This document shows positions 18,654 to 27,039 of a DNA stretch of 32,000 nucleotides, in pieces. The stretch is from Zymomonas mobilis subsp. mobilis ATCC 10988 (GTDB lineage Bacteria > Pseudomonadota > Alphaproteobacteria > Sphingomonadales > Sphingomonadaceae), in assembly GCF_000175255.2 (NCBI RefSeq), contig NC_017262.1:840001-872000 (forward strand), given 5' to 3'. The translations under genes were made by a program, and so were the position numbers. Under the pieces are notes generated by a model. That model saw only the letters and a program-made list of their open reading frames with translations. It searched no databases and was not told where the DNA came from. Position 1 is the stretch's first letter. Each line of letters begins with the position of its first letter.

Positions 18654-19661
18654 TTATTCAGCGGTAACGCCCAAAGCCTCTAACAAAGCATCATCGGCGG
18701 CCATATCGGCATTAGGGGTCGTCAATAAAACATTGCCATAGAAAATCGAATTGGCACCCGCGACCAAACATAAAATCTGGGTTTCACGGCTCAAAGTTGA
18801 TCGGCCAGCGGATAAACGCACCATCGACTGCGGCATCATCAAACGCGCCGTAGCAATCATTCTGACAATTTCCAGAGGGTCGACCGGATCGGCATCGGCC
18901 AAGGGAGTGCCTTCAATCGGCACCAACATATTGACCGGTACGCTTTCGGGATGAGGATTCATGCCTGCCAGAACCACCAACATTTCGACCCGATCACGGG
19001 GAGATTCTCCCAAACCAATGATCCCACCGGTGCAAAGCGCAATACCGGCATCGCGAATTTTGGCTAAAGTCTCCAAGCGATCCTGATAACTATGGGTCGA
19101 TACAATTTGGGGATAATAAGCGGGGCCCGTATCCAAATTATGGTTATAGGCGGTTAATCCGGCCTCGGCCAAACGTCTGGCCTGATCTTCATTGACCATG
19201 CCCAGAGTAACACAGGCTTCCATATCCAAGGCGCGAACACCACGGATCATTTCTAAAACGGCATCAAATTCCTTACCGTCTCGCACTTTGCGCCATGCCG
19301 CACCCATACAGAAACGCTCGGCACCGGCCTTCTTGGCTTTCGCGGCCAAAGCGATAACCGCCGTCGGGTTCATCAGCTTTTCGCGGGTTAATTCAACATC
19401 ATGATGGGCTGATTGGGAACAATAGCCGCAATCTTCAGGACAGCCGCCGGTTTTAATACTCAAAAGGCTACTTTTCTGAAGATGACCTGCGTCATGATAA
19501 CGACGATGGACAGAATTGGCGCGCCCGATCAACTCCAAAAGAGGCAGGTTGTAAATCGCCAAAGCCTCATCCAATTGCCAGTCATAACGAACATTCTCCA
19601 CAGACGGATTCTGTTCGGCCTGATCTCTGCCAGAATGAGACTGTGTTCCCACCGATACCAT
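18654..19661 (-). CDS. bioB: Biotin synthase (radical SAM)
   Basis: 335 aa with the radical-SAM cluster motif [10 protein letters not shown], plus FCMGAAWR and YNHNLDT blocks. Confidence 0.95.
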   Translation of the reverse strand: MVSVGTQSHSGRDQAEQNPSVENVRYDWQLDEALAIYNLPLLELIGRANSVHRRYHDAGHLQKSSLLSIKTGGCPEDCGYCSQSAHHDVELTREKLMNPTAVIALAAKAKKAGAERFCMGAAWRKVRDGKEFDAVLEMIRGVRALDMEACVTLGMVNEDQARRLAEAGLTAYNHNLDTGPAYYPQIVSTHSYQDRLETLAKIRDAGIALCTGGIIGLGESPRDRVEMLVVLAGMNPHPESVPVNMLVPIEGTPLADADPVDPLEIVRMIATARLMMPQSMVRLSAGRSTLSRETQILCLVAGANSIFYGNVLLTTPNADMAADDALLEALGVTAE

Positions 19662-19754
19662 ATTTTAAAAACCCTTTTCGCAGCGAAATAATCGCCTTTA
19701 ATGCCAGTAATTGGCCGTTATGGATAGCCGCGCCAGCCAAGGATAGGCGCGACA

Positions 19755-19796
19755 AAGAAAACAGAAATACACAGAAGGCCATAAAAATAATGGCCT
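19755..19796 (-). terminator. Rho-independent terminator of the 254-aa gene (minus strand)
   Basis: On the minus strand the sequence reads AGGCCAT-TATTTTT-ATGGCCT (stem 19796-19790 / 19782-19776). A U-rich tail TCTGTGTATTTCTGTTTTC follows. Confidence 0.6.
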
Positions 19797-19876
19797 AAAT
19801 AGCCAATGATATTTCCTCATCACACTGATTGCGGGCATCATGGCATCCCGATATGCCCGATAATATATCTATAAAA

Positions 19877-20641
19877 TTATCTAATTTTTACCGGAATATC
19901 ACCCAACATCAAAGCCGCGATAGAAGACAATATCTGGTTGATATTGCGACTTTTGATCGAAAAAAGCAGGTTATTTTCAGATTGTCCCGCTGGCACAAAA
20001 ACCGCTTCATCAACAAGATCAGGGTAAACCACTTCATTTTCTACAGGCAGCAACAAGCTATCAAAAGCAAAAGAGCGATTTTCCGACAGGATCAGCAAAG
20101 TATTCTTCAAATCCTTATTAAAAATATCGCCGATTTCTTCGATAAATTGAACATTCCGACTGCGGTCGATATGCTCGATAGCCAGCAATAATAAAGCAAA
20201 GAAAATTTTGTCGCGATAGCTTTCGTCAAACAACAATTCAAAGCTGAAAAAATACTTTACCCGCTTTCTGAATTTCTTTTTTAATGCGAATAAAGCCATA
20301 ATCGCTTCAAAAATATCATTCTTCTGGGATAATTTCGGCAAAATCCAACCATCAGGGGTCGTCGCCGGAATCAAAATACCTTTCTCAACAAAAGGCGAAA
20401 ATTCCCGTTCAAAAGCCTTGTCCTCCAAGGCTTTCGGATACAGCAAAAAAATACCGGCGACATCCGGCTGAACCGCATTAGTCAAAAAGTCACGAAAATA
20501 GGTCTTAAACTCACAAATCCGCGATACACTATAAATAAAATCGACGGCTGTTTTTTCGCCATAAAAGAAGCTGGCCGCATGGGCAATCAAAGCGGCAAAA
20601 CTATCATCACGGATAGGCGGTTGAGCATGGATCGGGGTCAT
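19877..20641 (-). CDS. Hypothetical protein (254 aa, soluble, no family recognised)
   Basis: Long ORF with lower GC than its neighbours and its own terminator. No TM segments or signal peptide. A possible PD-x12-EDK motif (QPDVAGIFLLYPKALEDK) is the only feature, and it is weak. Confidence 0.6.
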   Translation of the reverse strand: MTPIHAQPPIRDDSFAALIAHAASFFYGEKTAVDFIYSVSRICEFKTYFRDFLTNAVQPDVAGIFLLYPKALEDKAFEREFSPFVEKGILIPATTPDGWILPKLSQKNDIFEAIMALFALKKKFRKRVKYFFSFELLFDESYRDKIFFALLLLAIEHIDRSRNVQFIEEIGDIFNKDLKNTLLILSENRSFAFDSLLLPVENEVVYPDLVDEAVFVPAGQSENNLLFSIKSRNINQILSSIAALMLGDIPVKIR

Positions 20642-21026
20642 AGAAAAACCCTATAAAACAAGGCTAGTTTTCAGGCAAATGAAACCTCTTTCACCCCGTT
20701 TTTCATCTCATATCCTGAAAAGAAGCACAGCCCCGTCTTTATCACCTGCCCACAATTTTCTGATAAAATGGCCTCTGCCATATATCGAATAAACCGATAA
20801 AGACGCTTTTTTTTATCTGAATAATCACCCGCAAAAACTCGGAAATTCTTTGCAGAGCAATCGTTTCCTTATCAAAACTACCTTCGCCCCTAATCAAAAG
20901 GCAACGTCCTCAGGACAGATTGCTTTCTCTTTCGGGCATAGAGGATTCAATGAAAGGAAGAAGATGGTTAAAATTGATCTCACCGGCAAAACAGCTATTG
21001 TCACCGGCTCATCCGAAGGCATCGGC

Positions 21027-21518
21027 CTAGGTTTTGTTGACAAAGGAAGGTAACCACAATTTTACGGCCGCGAGATGAAGGAAGGCGAGAAAAGATTTTC
21101 TGGTTTTGTCATAGCGTGTGGCAATGCGCCTGAACTGCTTTAGCTTATTAAACATCCGCTCAATACGATTACGATCTTTGTAGTGCTGGAGATTATAAGG
21201 AATAGGCTTTTTTCGATTGGAACGAGGCGGGATAACAGGAAGGATGCCTCGAAAAAGCAGTTTTTCGCGTAACCTATCGCTATCATATCCTTTATCAGCG
21301 AGAAAACAGTGGGGTGTTGTGACAGGGATATCTATCAAGCTATCAGCGCCAGAATAATCAGAGACCTCACCACCGGTTAGTGCGAAAGCTAGAGGGCGGC
21401 CTTGACCATCGGAACGGGCGTGGATCTTGCTCGTAAAGCCTCCGCGACTGCGACCAAAGCCTTCCTTATACGTCCCCCTTTTGCGCCAGCCGCTTGGCTG
21501 TGGGCGCGAATAATCGTA
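21027..21518 (-). CDS. IS5-family transposase OrfB (DDE catalytic part), expressed as an OrfAB fusion by -1 frameshift
   Basis: The -1 frame relative to OrfA is open from 21518. My translation gives ...GRSRGGFTSKIHARSDGQGRPLAFALTGGEVSD...FLADKGYDSDRLRE...YKDRNRIERMFNKLKQFRRIATRYDK. The candidate slip site is the run A-AAA-GGGGG at 21482-21474. The TAG stop lies at 21029-21027, in the target-site sequence. Confidence 0.8.
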   Translation of the reverse strand, partial: YDYSRPQPSGWRKRGTYKEGFGRSRGGFTSKIHARSDGQGRPLAFALTGGEVSDYSGADSLIDIPVTTPHCFLADKGYDSDRLREKLLFRGILPVIPPRSNRKKPIPYNLQHYKDRNRIERMFNKLKQFRRIATRYDKTRKSFLAFLHLAAVKLWLPSFVNKT

Positions 21519-21878
21519 CTATCTATCATATGTTGCCAGTCATCTGTCAGGCCAAGGTCAACGAGAGTTTCAAGAAGAGCGTCCCACACACCCTGTTCTG
21601 CCCACCTACGAAACCGAACATAGATCGAATTCCATTTCCCATAACGTTCATGCATATCTCGCCACGGGCAGCCTGTTCGAAGCACATAAAGCATACCATT
21701 GAGAAATAACCGATTACTTTTGGCGGGACGCGCGCAGCGGCCTCGTTCGCTTGGAAGAAGACCCTGTATTATCTCCCACTCCGCGTCCGTCAGATCTCCT
21801 CGCATCCTATCTACCCTACAAAACTTGTTCTCAAGTTATCTCTAAAAATCTTAAATTATACCCTTTGTCAACAGAACC
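21030..21878 (-). mobile_element. IS5-family insertion sequence (IS427-like group), 849 bp
   Basis: Terminal inverted repeats are GGTTTTGTTGACAAAGGA (21030-21047) and the reverse complement of 21861-21878, GGTTCTGTTGACAAAGGG (16/18 identical). Target duplication falls within CTAG (TA at 21028-29 and 21879-80); boundaries are ambiguous by about 1-2 bp. It carries a two-frame transposase. Confidence 0.9.
21389..21805 (-). CDS. IS5-family transposase OrfA (N-terminal DNA-binding part)
   Basis: 138 aa. LTDAEWEIIQGLLP...GRCARPAKSNRLFLNGMLYVLRTGCPWRDMHERYGKWNSIYVRFRRW is typical of the IS5/IS427-group N-terminus. Confidence 0.9.
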   Translation of the reverse strand: MRGDLTDAEWEIIQGLLPSERGRCARPAKSNRLFLNGMLYVLRTGCPWRDMHERYGKWNSIYVRFRRWAEQGVWDALLETLVDLGLTDDWQHMIDSTIIRAHSQAAGAKGGRIRKALVAVAEALRARSTPVPMVKAAL

Positions 21879-22630
21879 TAGGCATTGCTATTCGTCTCGC
21901 CGAAGCAGGTGCAAAGGTCATTGTTAATGGCCGTCATCAAGAAAAATTAAATAGTGCAATTGCCGAAGTCAAAAAAGCCGCTCCAGAAGCCGAAGTTGTT
22001 GGCTTCGTCGGTGATCTTGGACAGGCCGAAGGCTGCGATGCCTTGGTCAAAGCGCATCCGGTTTGCGATATTCTGGTCAATAACCTGGGTATTTTCAGCC
22101 CCCAAGGCAATTTCTTCGATATCGGCGATGATTGCTGGCAGAATTTCTTTGACATCAATGTAATGTCCGGCGTTCGTCTCTCCCGTGCCTATGCCAAGAA
22201 AATGGCTGAAAAAGGCTGGGATCGGGTGCTATTTATTTCGTCGGAATCCGGCTTCAATATTCCAGAAGAAATGGTGCATTACGGCTTCAGCAAAACCGCC
22301 CAGATTGCAATCGCCCGTGGCCTTGCTAAAACGCTGGCAGGAACCGGCGTTACCGTCAATTCTGTCCTACCTGGGCCCACGCTCTCGGATGGCTTGAAAA
22401 AAATGCTGGAACCGGAAGTCAAAAAAACCGGAAAAAGCTACGAAGAAGCGGCAGCCGATTTTACCAAAAATCTTCGGCCTTCTTCCATTATTGAACGCGC
22501 CGCTAGTGTCGAAGAGGTCGCCAATATGGTGCTCTACGCCGCCTCGCCTTTGGCTTCTGCCACGACCGGAGCCGCTCTCCGGGTTGAAGGCGGTATCCTC
22601 AATTATCTCTAAAAATACAGCGATAACCGC

Positions 22631-22663
22631 AAAAAGGGCTGCCCTTTAGCAGCCCTTTTTTTT
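22631..22663 (+). terminator. Rho-independent terminator after the SDR gene
   Basis: Perfect stem AAAAAGGGCTGC / GCAGCCCTTTTT with a 6-nt loop. The T-run extends to 22663. Confidence 0.85.
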
Positions 22664-22980
22664 ACCTCACATCTCAATAACTCAATAGCCTGAAAAAGAC
22701 ATAATGGCTTCGGCCTCTTCCACTACGCAGAAAGCTATTTCTCTTTTACATTCACAAAAACCGTCATTCGATCATCACCTACTCTCAAATAACGTTCCAT
22801 CGACCTCTGTATCTCTTCGAGACCTAAAGACTACCTAACGACAATCTCTCACTCTCCTCTAATCACCTCTACATTAGAGGCCTCTTTACTTCTGTTTTAA
22901 AGTATAAATGAATTAAATATTCAGTCACCAATGGCGTTATTAAAAATATAAATACTTATCACAAAATAATGCACTTAATA

Positions 22981-23030
22981 TCCAATGATTTTTCATGGGT
23001 AAATAATATCACATTGCCCCAATCATTGGA
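22981..23030. promoter_or_regulatory. Perfect 10-bp inverted repeat TCCAATGATT-N30-AATCATTGGA immediately upstream of the RBS of the 234-aa gene
   Basis: Read directly: 22981-22990 and 23021-23030 are exact reverse complements. The RBS-like AAAGGA follows at about 23036 and the ATG is at 23049. Confidence 0.35.
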
Positions 23031-23048
23031 TTCTTAAAGGATACATCA

Positions 23049-23753
23049 ATGCCTTTATCCAATATCATCCCGGGACCAAGGGATAACTTACTTTTATATA
23101 AGGCTAGCCAAAATATAAATGTCAGAACAACAGCTTCAAAGGTAATCCAACCCACATCGAATTCATCAGAAAATAGCATCCAAATATCAGAAGAGGCCAA
23201 AGCCGCTTTTAAAAGTCAGAAAATGTCTAATACTGAAAACGCTGATAATTCTATCAAATCAAGACTTAACAAGCTCTTCCAAGATGCCCGCGATGAAGGT
23301 TTCTTCATCACTTTTGACTATTCTAAAGGCGGCGAGTGGCTCGATGTATCGTCTTTCACAGATGATGAATTGGCTCAAATGACCAATAATAAAGATCATC
23401 ATTTTTCAGGCGATTTATCCCTTTATGCGGGTGGGGCACTGGCAGAAAGAATGAAGATATCTTTAGAGCCCTTTGAACCAGCCGCCGAAATCGGCGATTT
23501 CCGTGGTGAATCCATGGCAATCAGGACATTATATAACCATATGAGCCAAAATGTCCGCGATGCTCTCGGATGGACAGAGAGCATGGTTGAAGTCGGTGAG
23601 GAAATGGCCAGCCATTCCGGCAAAGCCCTTAATAAATCACATTTAAAAACGCTCTGGGACATTCTGCTAGAAGTCGCCCAACAAGGCGGATTATCCCTTC
23701 AAAATAGCCCTAATCAAGACAACCTACAAAAATCCGATGATAAAGCTATATAG
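23049..23753 (+). CDS. Hypothetical protein (234 aa, soluble, S/N/Q-rich N-terminus)
   Basis: Long ORF with an AAAGGA RBS about 7 nt upstream. No recognised domain. The true start could be an internal Met (MSNTENAD). Confidence 0.6.
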   Translation: MPLSNIIPGPRDNLLLYKASQNINVRTTASKVIQPTSNSSENSIQISEEAKAAFKSQKMSNTENADNSIKSRLNKLFQDARDEGFFITFDYSKGGEWLDVSSFTDDELAQMTNNKDHHFSGDLSLYAGGALAERMKISLEPFEPAAEIGDFRGESMAIRTLYNHMSQNVRDALGWTESMVEVGEEMASHSGKALNKSHLKTLWDILLEVAQQGGLSLQNSPNQDNLQKSDDKAI

Positions 23754-23878
23754 CAGCGTTAAAATAATACCCTGAACATCATTACATCATTTTTTACGAT
23801 TATTACTCAAATGGACAATTTACAAACAATCTTATCTCACCCTATATCTCCTAAAAAGATCATATTTGTGGGAATTTT

Positions 23879-24361
23879 ATGGATAATATCATCAACATCA
23901 TCGCAGGCGTGATTGCACTCTATTTCATCGCCGCGATGCTCATGTTTTTCTACTGGCTCTATTTTCATAAAGGCAGCCTGAAAAAGGCCTTAATCCATAT
24001 CGTTGTTTCCTTGGGCTTACTTTGCCTTCTGGTGGGTGGTCAAATGCTCCGCTGGAAAAGCATCAATGCCCAAAATGCCGCAGAACAGGCCGCAAAAATG
24101 CCAAAAGCGGTTACCATTCAGCCTGACCTTTTAGCGATATTGCAGGCTAATCCCGATCCTGCTTCCGTTGAACCGACAAAACTCGCTGCCATCGCTAATT
24201 TAGCCGAGCAACATTTAGGCGAAGCTGGTAAAGAATATGAAGCGCCTTTGAAGAAATATTTCGTCTATTACAACAGCCATATTGCATCCGAAAAACTGCC
24301 TGACACAATGGCCGCTATCAAATTCGATGCACAACGCCGCAATGCTGAACGCGGTTTTTAA
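23879..24361 (+). CDS. Hypothetical membrane-anchored protein (160 aa, 2 N-terminal TM helices plus a soluble C-terminal domain)
   Basis: TM1 is IINIIAGVIALYFIAAMLMFFYWLYF and TM2 is ALIHIVVSLGLLCLLVGG. It lies on the same strand, 125 nt after the 234-aa gene. Confidence 0.55.
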   Translation: MDNIINIIAGVIALYFIAAMLMFFYWLYFHKGSLKKALIHIVVSLGLLCLLVGGQMLRWKSINAQNAAEQAAKMPKAVTIQPDLLAILQANPDPASVEPTKLAAIANLAEQHLGEAGKEYEAPLKKYFVYYNSHIASEKLPDTMAAIKFDAQRRNAERGF

Positions 24362-24394
24362 TCGCCCGATTTCAAGATAATCAGCGATGATATA

Positions 24395-24427
24395 GCCTCG
24401 GAAAGCGCCCTCAATCGCTTCCGAGGC
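24395..24427 (+). other. Stable GC-rich hairpin without a U-tract
   Basis: GCCTCGGAA(A)GCG - CCCTCAAT - CGCTTCCGAGGC forms a 12-bp stem with one bulged A. It lies between the 160-aa gene and the RSH gene. Confidence 0.4.
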
Positions 24428-24551
24428 GAAATGATAGATTACCCGACAATAACAGCCTTTCAAAAAGACAGATTTCGGCCTCACAAAAAAAATTGCGCTT
24501 CATGTGAATGAAGGCTTGCAATATGTTGAAATCCTCCGCAATTTTATCTCC

Positions 24552-26669
24552 GTGTTGAGACAATATGAACTAGTCGATCGGGTTTTAAGCTACGATCCAA
24601 ACGCCGATGAAGCGTTGATAAACCGCGCCTATGTTTTCGCCATGAAAGCGCATGGCAATCAAAAAAGGGCAAGCGGCGATCCCTATTTCAGCCACCCGCT
24701 AGAGGTGGCCGGAATCCTGACCGATATCCATATGGATGCCGAAACGATCATAACGGCCATCCTGCATGATACTGTCGAAGACACTGGAACAACCAGCGAA
24801 GAGCTGGCAAAACTCTTTGGCTCAGCGGTGGCTCGTCTAGTTGATGGTGTCACGAAATTATCGCGAATCGAGGCACAATCCGTCACCGAACGCGCGGCTG
24901 AAAATCTCAGAAAATTCCTGCTCGCTATGTCAGACGACATCCGCGTTCTTCTGGTCAAGCTGGCAGACCGTCTGCATAATATGCGGACATTGCATTTCAT
25001 TAAAAAGGAAGAAAAACGCCGCCGTATCGCGCGTGAAACCATGGATATCTACGCCCCGTTGGCAGAACGGATTGGCATGTATGAATTCATGCGTGAGATG
25101 CAGACACTTTCCTTCCAATTTTTGGAACCGGAAGCCTATGCTTCGATCACAAAAAGGCTGGAACAACTCAACAAGGGTGATACGGGTCAGATCAAACGTA
25201 TCATCAATGGCATCGAGGAGTTACTTGAGAAAGCCGGTATCAAAGCCAAGGTATCAGGCCGCCAAAAACACCCCTATTCTATCTGGAAAAAACTGGAAGA
25301 ACGCCATATCAGCTTTGACCAGCTTTCAGATGTCATGGCCTTTCGGGTCATTGTCGATAATACAGAAGATTGCTATCGGGCATTAGGCATTTTGCATGGC
25401 AAATGGCCAATGGTGCCGGGGCGTTTCAAAGACTATATTTCGACACCGCGCCGCAACGGTTACAGCTCGCTTCATACTGCGGTCATTCACAATGAAAATC
25501 TCCGTATCGAAATCCAGATACGGTCACAAGCGATGCACGAACAGGCTGAATATGGCCTTGCTGCCCATTGGGCGTATAAACAGAAAACGGTGCCGGACAA
25601 ATTCCAGCAAAGCGGCTGGATTCGCGATTTGGTCGAAATTCTGGACAATGCTGAAAGCCCAGAAGAGCTACTCGAGCATACCAAAATGGCGATGTATAAA
25701 GACCGTATCTTCGCCTTCACCCCAACAGGTGAGCTTATACAGCTTCCCTTGGGGGCAACACCGGTCGATTTTGCCTATGCCGTTCACACGGATTTGGGCG
25801 ACCAAACCGTGGGTGCCAAAGTCAATGGCCGCGTGGTGCCATTAGGCACGCGCGTTGAAAATGGCGATCAAGTCGAAATTCTGCGTTCAGCCGCGCAAAC
25901 GCCCCAAATTTCATGGCTCAATTTTATTACCACAGGTAAAGCCCGCGCGGCTATTCGCCGTTTTGTCCGCCATAAAGAGCGGAGCGATACCCTTACCCTT
26001 GGAAAACAACTTTATGAAGCAATCATCAAAAGGCTTCCGGCTCCTCTTTCAGAAAACGCTTTAGAGGCAGCCCTTCTTCGCTTAAATCTGAAAGAAGCTG
26101 ATGATCTTTTTGAAGCCATCGCGCTTCGCAATATCACCGATGATGCCGTCATGGAGGCCTTAATGCCGGGTATGGCGCTTCAGGATGCGACCGCGCCACT
26201 TCCTCCCTTGGTCAATCATGCTATTTCAATCGAAGGCCTTACCCCGGGGGCGGCCTATGATTTGGCCGAATGCTGCCATCCCGTTCCGGGAGACCGGATT
26301 GTCGGCTTAAGAAGACCTCATGCCGCGATCGAAGTGCATGTGATCGACTGTCCACATCTCGCCGAAACCAATCCCGAAGATTGGGTCGATTTACGTTGGA
26401 ATGACAAAGCCGAAGGGGCGACCGTCCGGCTCAAAGTTATTGTCAAAAACCAAGCCGGTGCCTTGGGTGTGGTCGCCACTATTTTCGGTGCGCATAAAGC
26501 CAATATTATCAATTTGGTTTTGGCGGACAGGGATGAAAATTTCCACGTTTTCAACGTCACATTAGAAGTCCGTGACTTACAACATTTAATGCGAATTTTG
26601 GCTGCTCTGCGTGCAGCAGGCGGGGTTGTCCAAGCTGAAAGAGAGCAGCTTCCCTACGATCAAGCCTAA
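24552..26669 (+). CDS. spoT: Bifunctional (p)ppGpp synthetase/hydrolase, RelA/SpoT homolog (RSH)
   Basis: HD hydrolase motifs HGNQKRASGDPYFSHPLEVA and ILHDTVEDT. Synthetase motifs GRQKHPYSIWKK, AFRVIV, YSSLHTAV and EIQIRS. TGS (IFAFTPTGELIQLPLGATPVDFAY) and C-terminal ACT regions are present. The ORF track starts at the GTG at 24504. The conserved N-terminus (M)LRQYELVDRV suggests a start at the GTG/TTG at 24552/24555. Confidence 0.95.
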   Translation: MLRQYELVDRVLSYDPNADEALINRAYVFAMKAHGNQKRASGDPYFSHPLEVAGILTDIHMDAETIITAILHDTVEDTGTTSEELAKLFGSAVARLVDGVTKLSRIEAQSVTERAAENLRKFLLAMSDDIRVLLVKLADRLHNMRTLHFIKKEEKRRRIARETMDIYAPLAERIGMYEFMREMQTLSFQFLEPEAYASITKRLEQLNKGDTGQIKRIINGIEELLEKAGIKAKVSGRQKHPYSIWKKLEERHISFDQLSDVMAFRVIVDNTEDCYRALGILHGKWPMVPGRFKDYISTPRRNGYSSLHTAVIHNENLRIEIQIRSQAMHEQAEYGLAAHWAYKQKTVPDKFQQSGWIRDLVEILDNAESPEELLEHTKMAMYKDRIFAFTPTGELIQLPLGATPVDFAYAVHTDLGDQTVGAKVNGRVVPLGTRVENGDQVEILRSAAQTPQISWLNFITTGKARAAIRRFVRHKERSDTLTLGKQLYEAIIKRLPAPLSENALEAALLRLNLKEADDLFEAIALRNITDDAVMEALMPGMALQDATAPLPPLVNHAISIEGLTPGAAYDLAECCHPVPGDRIVGLRRPHAAIEVHVIDCPHLAETNPEDWVDLRWNDKAEGATVRLKVIVKNQAGALGVVATIFGAHKANIINLVLADRDENFHVFNVTLEVRDLQHLMRILAALRAAGGVVQAEREQLPYDQA

Positions 26670-26698
26670 TTTCTGAGACCCGATTATTGCATGGTGAT

Positions 26699-26747
26699 GG
26701 CTTGCAGGTTATAATATACTTGCAAGTCATTATTATGTGTTTTTTTA
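26699..26747 (+). terminator. Probable terminator after the RSH gene
   Basis: A 10-bp stem (GGCTTGCAGG / CTTGCAAGTC, including two G-U pairs) with loop TTATAATATA. A T-rich tail follows, ending in a run of 7 T (26741-26747). Confidence 0.45.
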
Positions 26748-27030
26748 AAAAAACGAAAATATCAATTTCTATGATAAAAATTTAAAAACTGTCTTTAGCG
26801 TTTTTTATGATAAGAACAAAATATTGTCTATTTTTATTACAAAATTTAACAAAAATTCAAATTTTAAATAAAAATAACATGACTAATAATAGACAGAGGC
26901 CATTTTAGAAAAACAAAAAAGTAATAAATTGTTATACGTTATTTTATTTTTTATTAACAGATGAATTTTAAACCGTTTTAGTCGTTATATAAGACAGAAA
27001 AAGCTCCAGTTTGTCCGGTTTCTGCTGCAT

Positions 27031-27039
27031 CCCCCCCCC
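27031..27039 (+). repeat. Homopolymeric C9 tract (followed by T4) 60 nt upstream of the MCP start codon
   Basis: Read directly: tgcat-CCCCCCCCC-tttt. It is embedded at the edge of a roughly 330-bp extremely AT-rich intergenic region. Confidence 0.9.

Larger units (their letters stand above)
20964..22612 (+). pseudogene. Classical SDR (FabG-like, about 265 aa when rejoined) disrupted by an IS insertion after codon 22
   Basis: The 5' part (20964-21029) encodes MVKIDLTGKTAIVTGSSEGIGL. The 3' part (21881-22612) continues GIAIRLAEAGAKVIVNG...NNLGIF...YGFSKTA. Rejoining them restores the TGxxxGIGxxxA cofactor motif and a single frame. The YxxxK active site is present. Confidence 0.9.

Noticed and set aside
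20850-20963. A 38-codon N-terminal extension of the SDR ORF (track start at 20850).
   Set aside because: The SDR Rossmann motif begins right after the Met at 20964, which has an AAAGGAAG RBS. The extension has no SDR homology.
23175-23214. The motif NSIQISEEAKAAF in the 234-aa protein resembles the xSVxLSxEA motif of FlgM-type anti-sigma-28 factors, which is tempting given the nearby che genes.
   Set aside because: The rest of the protein does not resemble FlgM. It is longer and has no C-terminal sigma-28-binding helices that I can recognise. A single short motif is insufficient.
23811-23912. A 33-codon ORF (MDNLQTILSHPISPKKIIFVGILWIISSTSSQA) overlapping the start of the 160-aa gene.
   Set aside because: It has no RBS and overlaps the better-supported ATG at 23879 in another frame. 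It is probably not expressed.
24504-24551. A 16-codon N-terminal extension of the RelA/SpoT ORF from the GTG at 24504.
   Set aside because: The conserved RSH N-terminus starts at LRQYELVDRV. A start at 24552/24555 fits better. This is kept as an alternative only.
26967-26992. A possible sigma-28 (FliA) type promoter TAAA…GTCGTTAT upstream of the che operon.
   Set aside because: Only 5/8 positions match GCCGATAA, and the spacing to TAAA is 8 nt rather than about 15. It is indistinguishable from background in AT-rich DNA.
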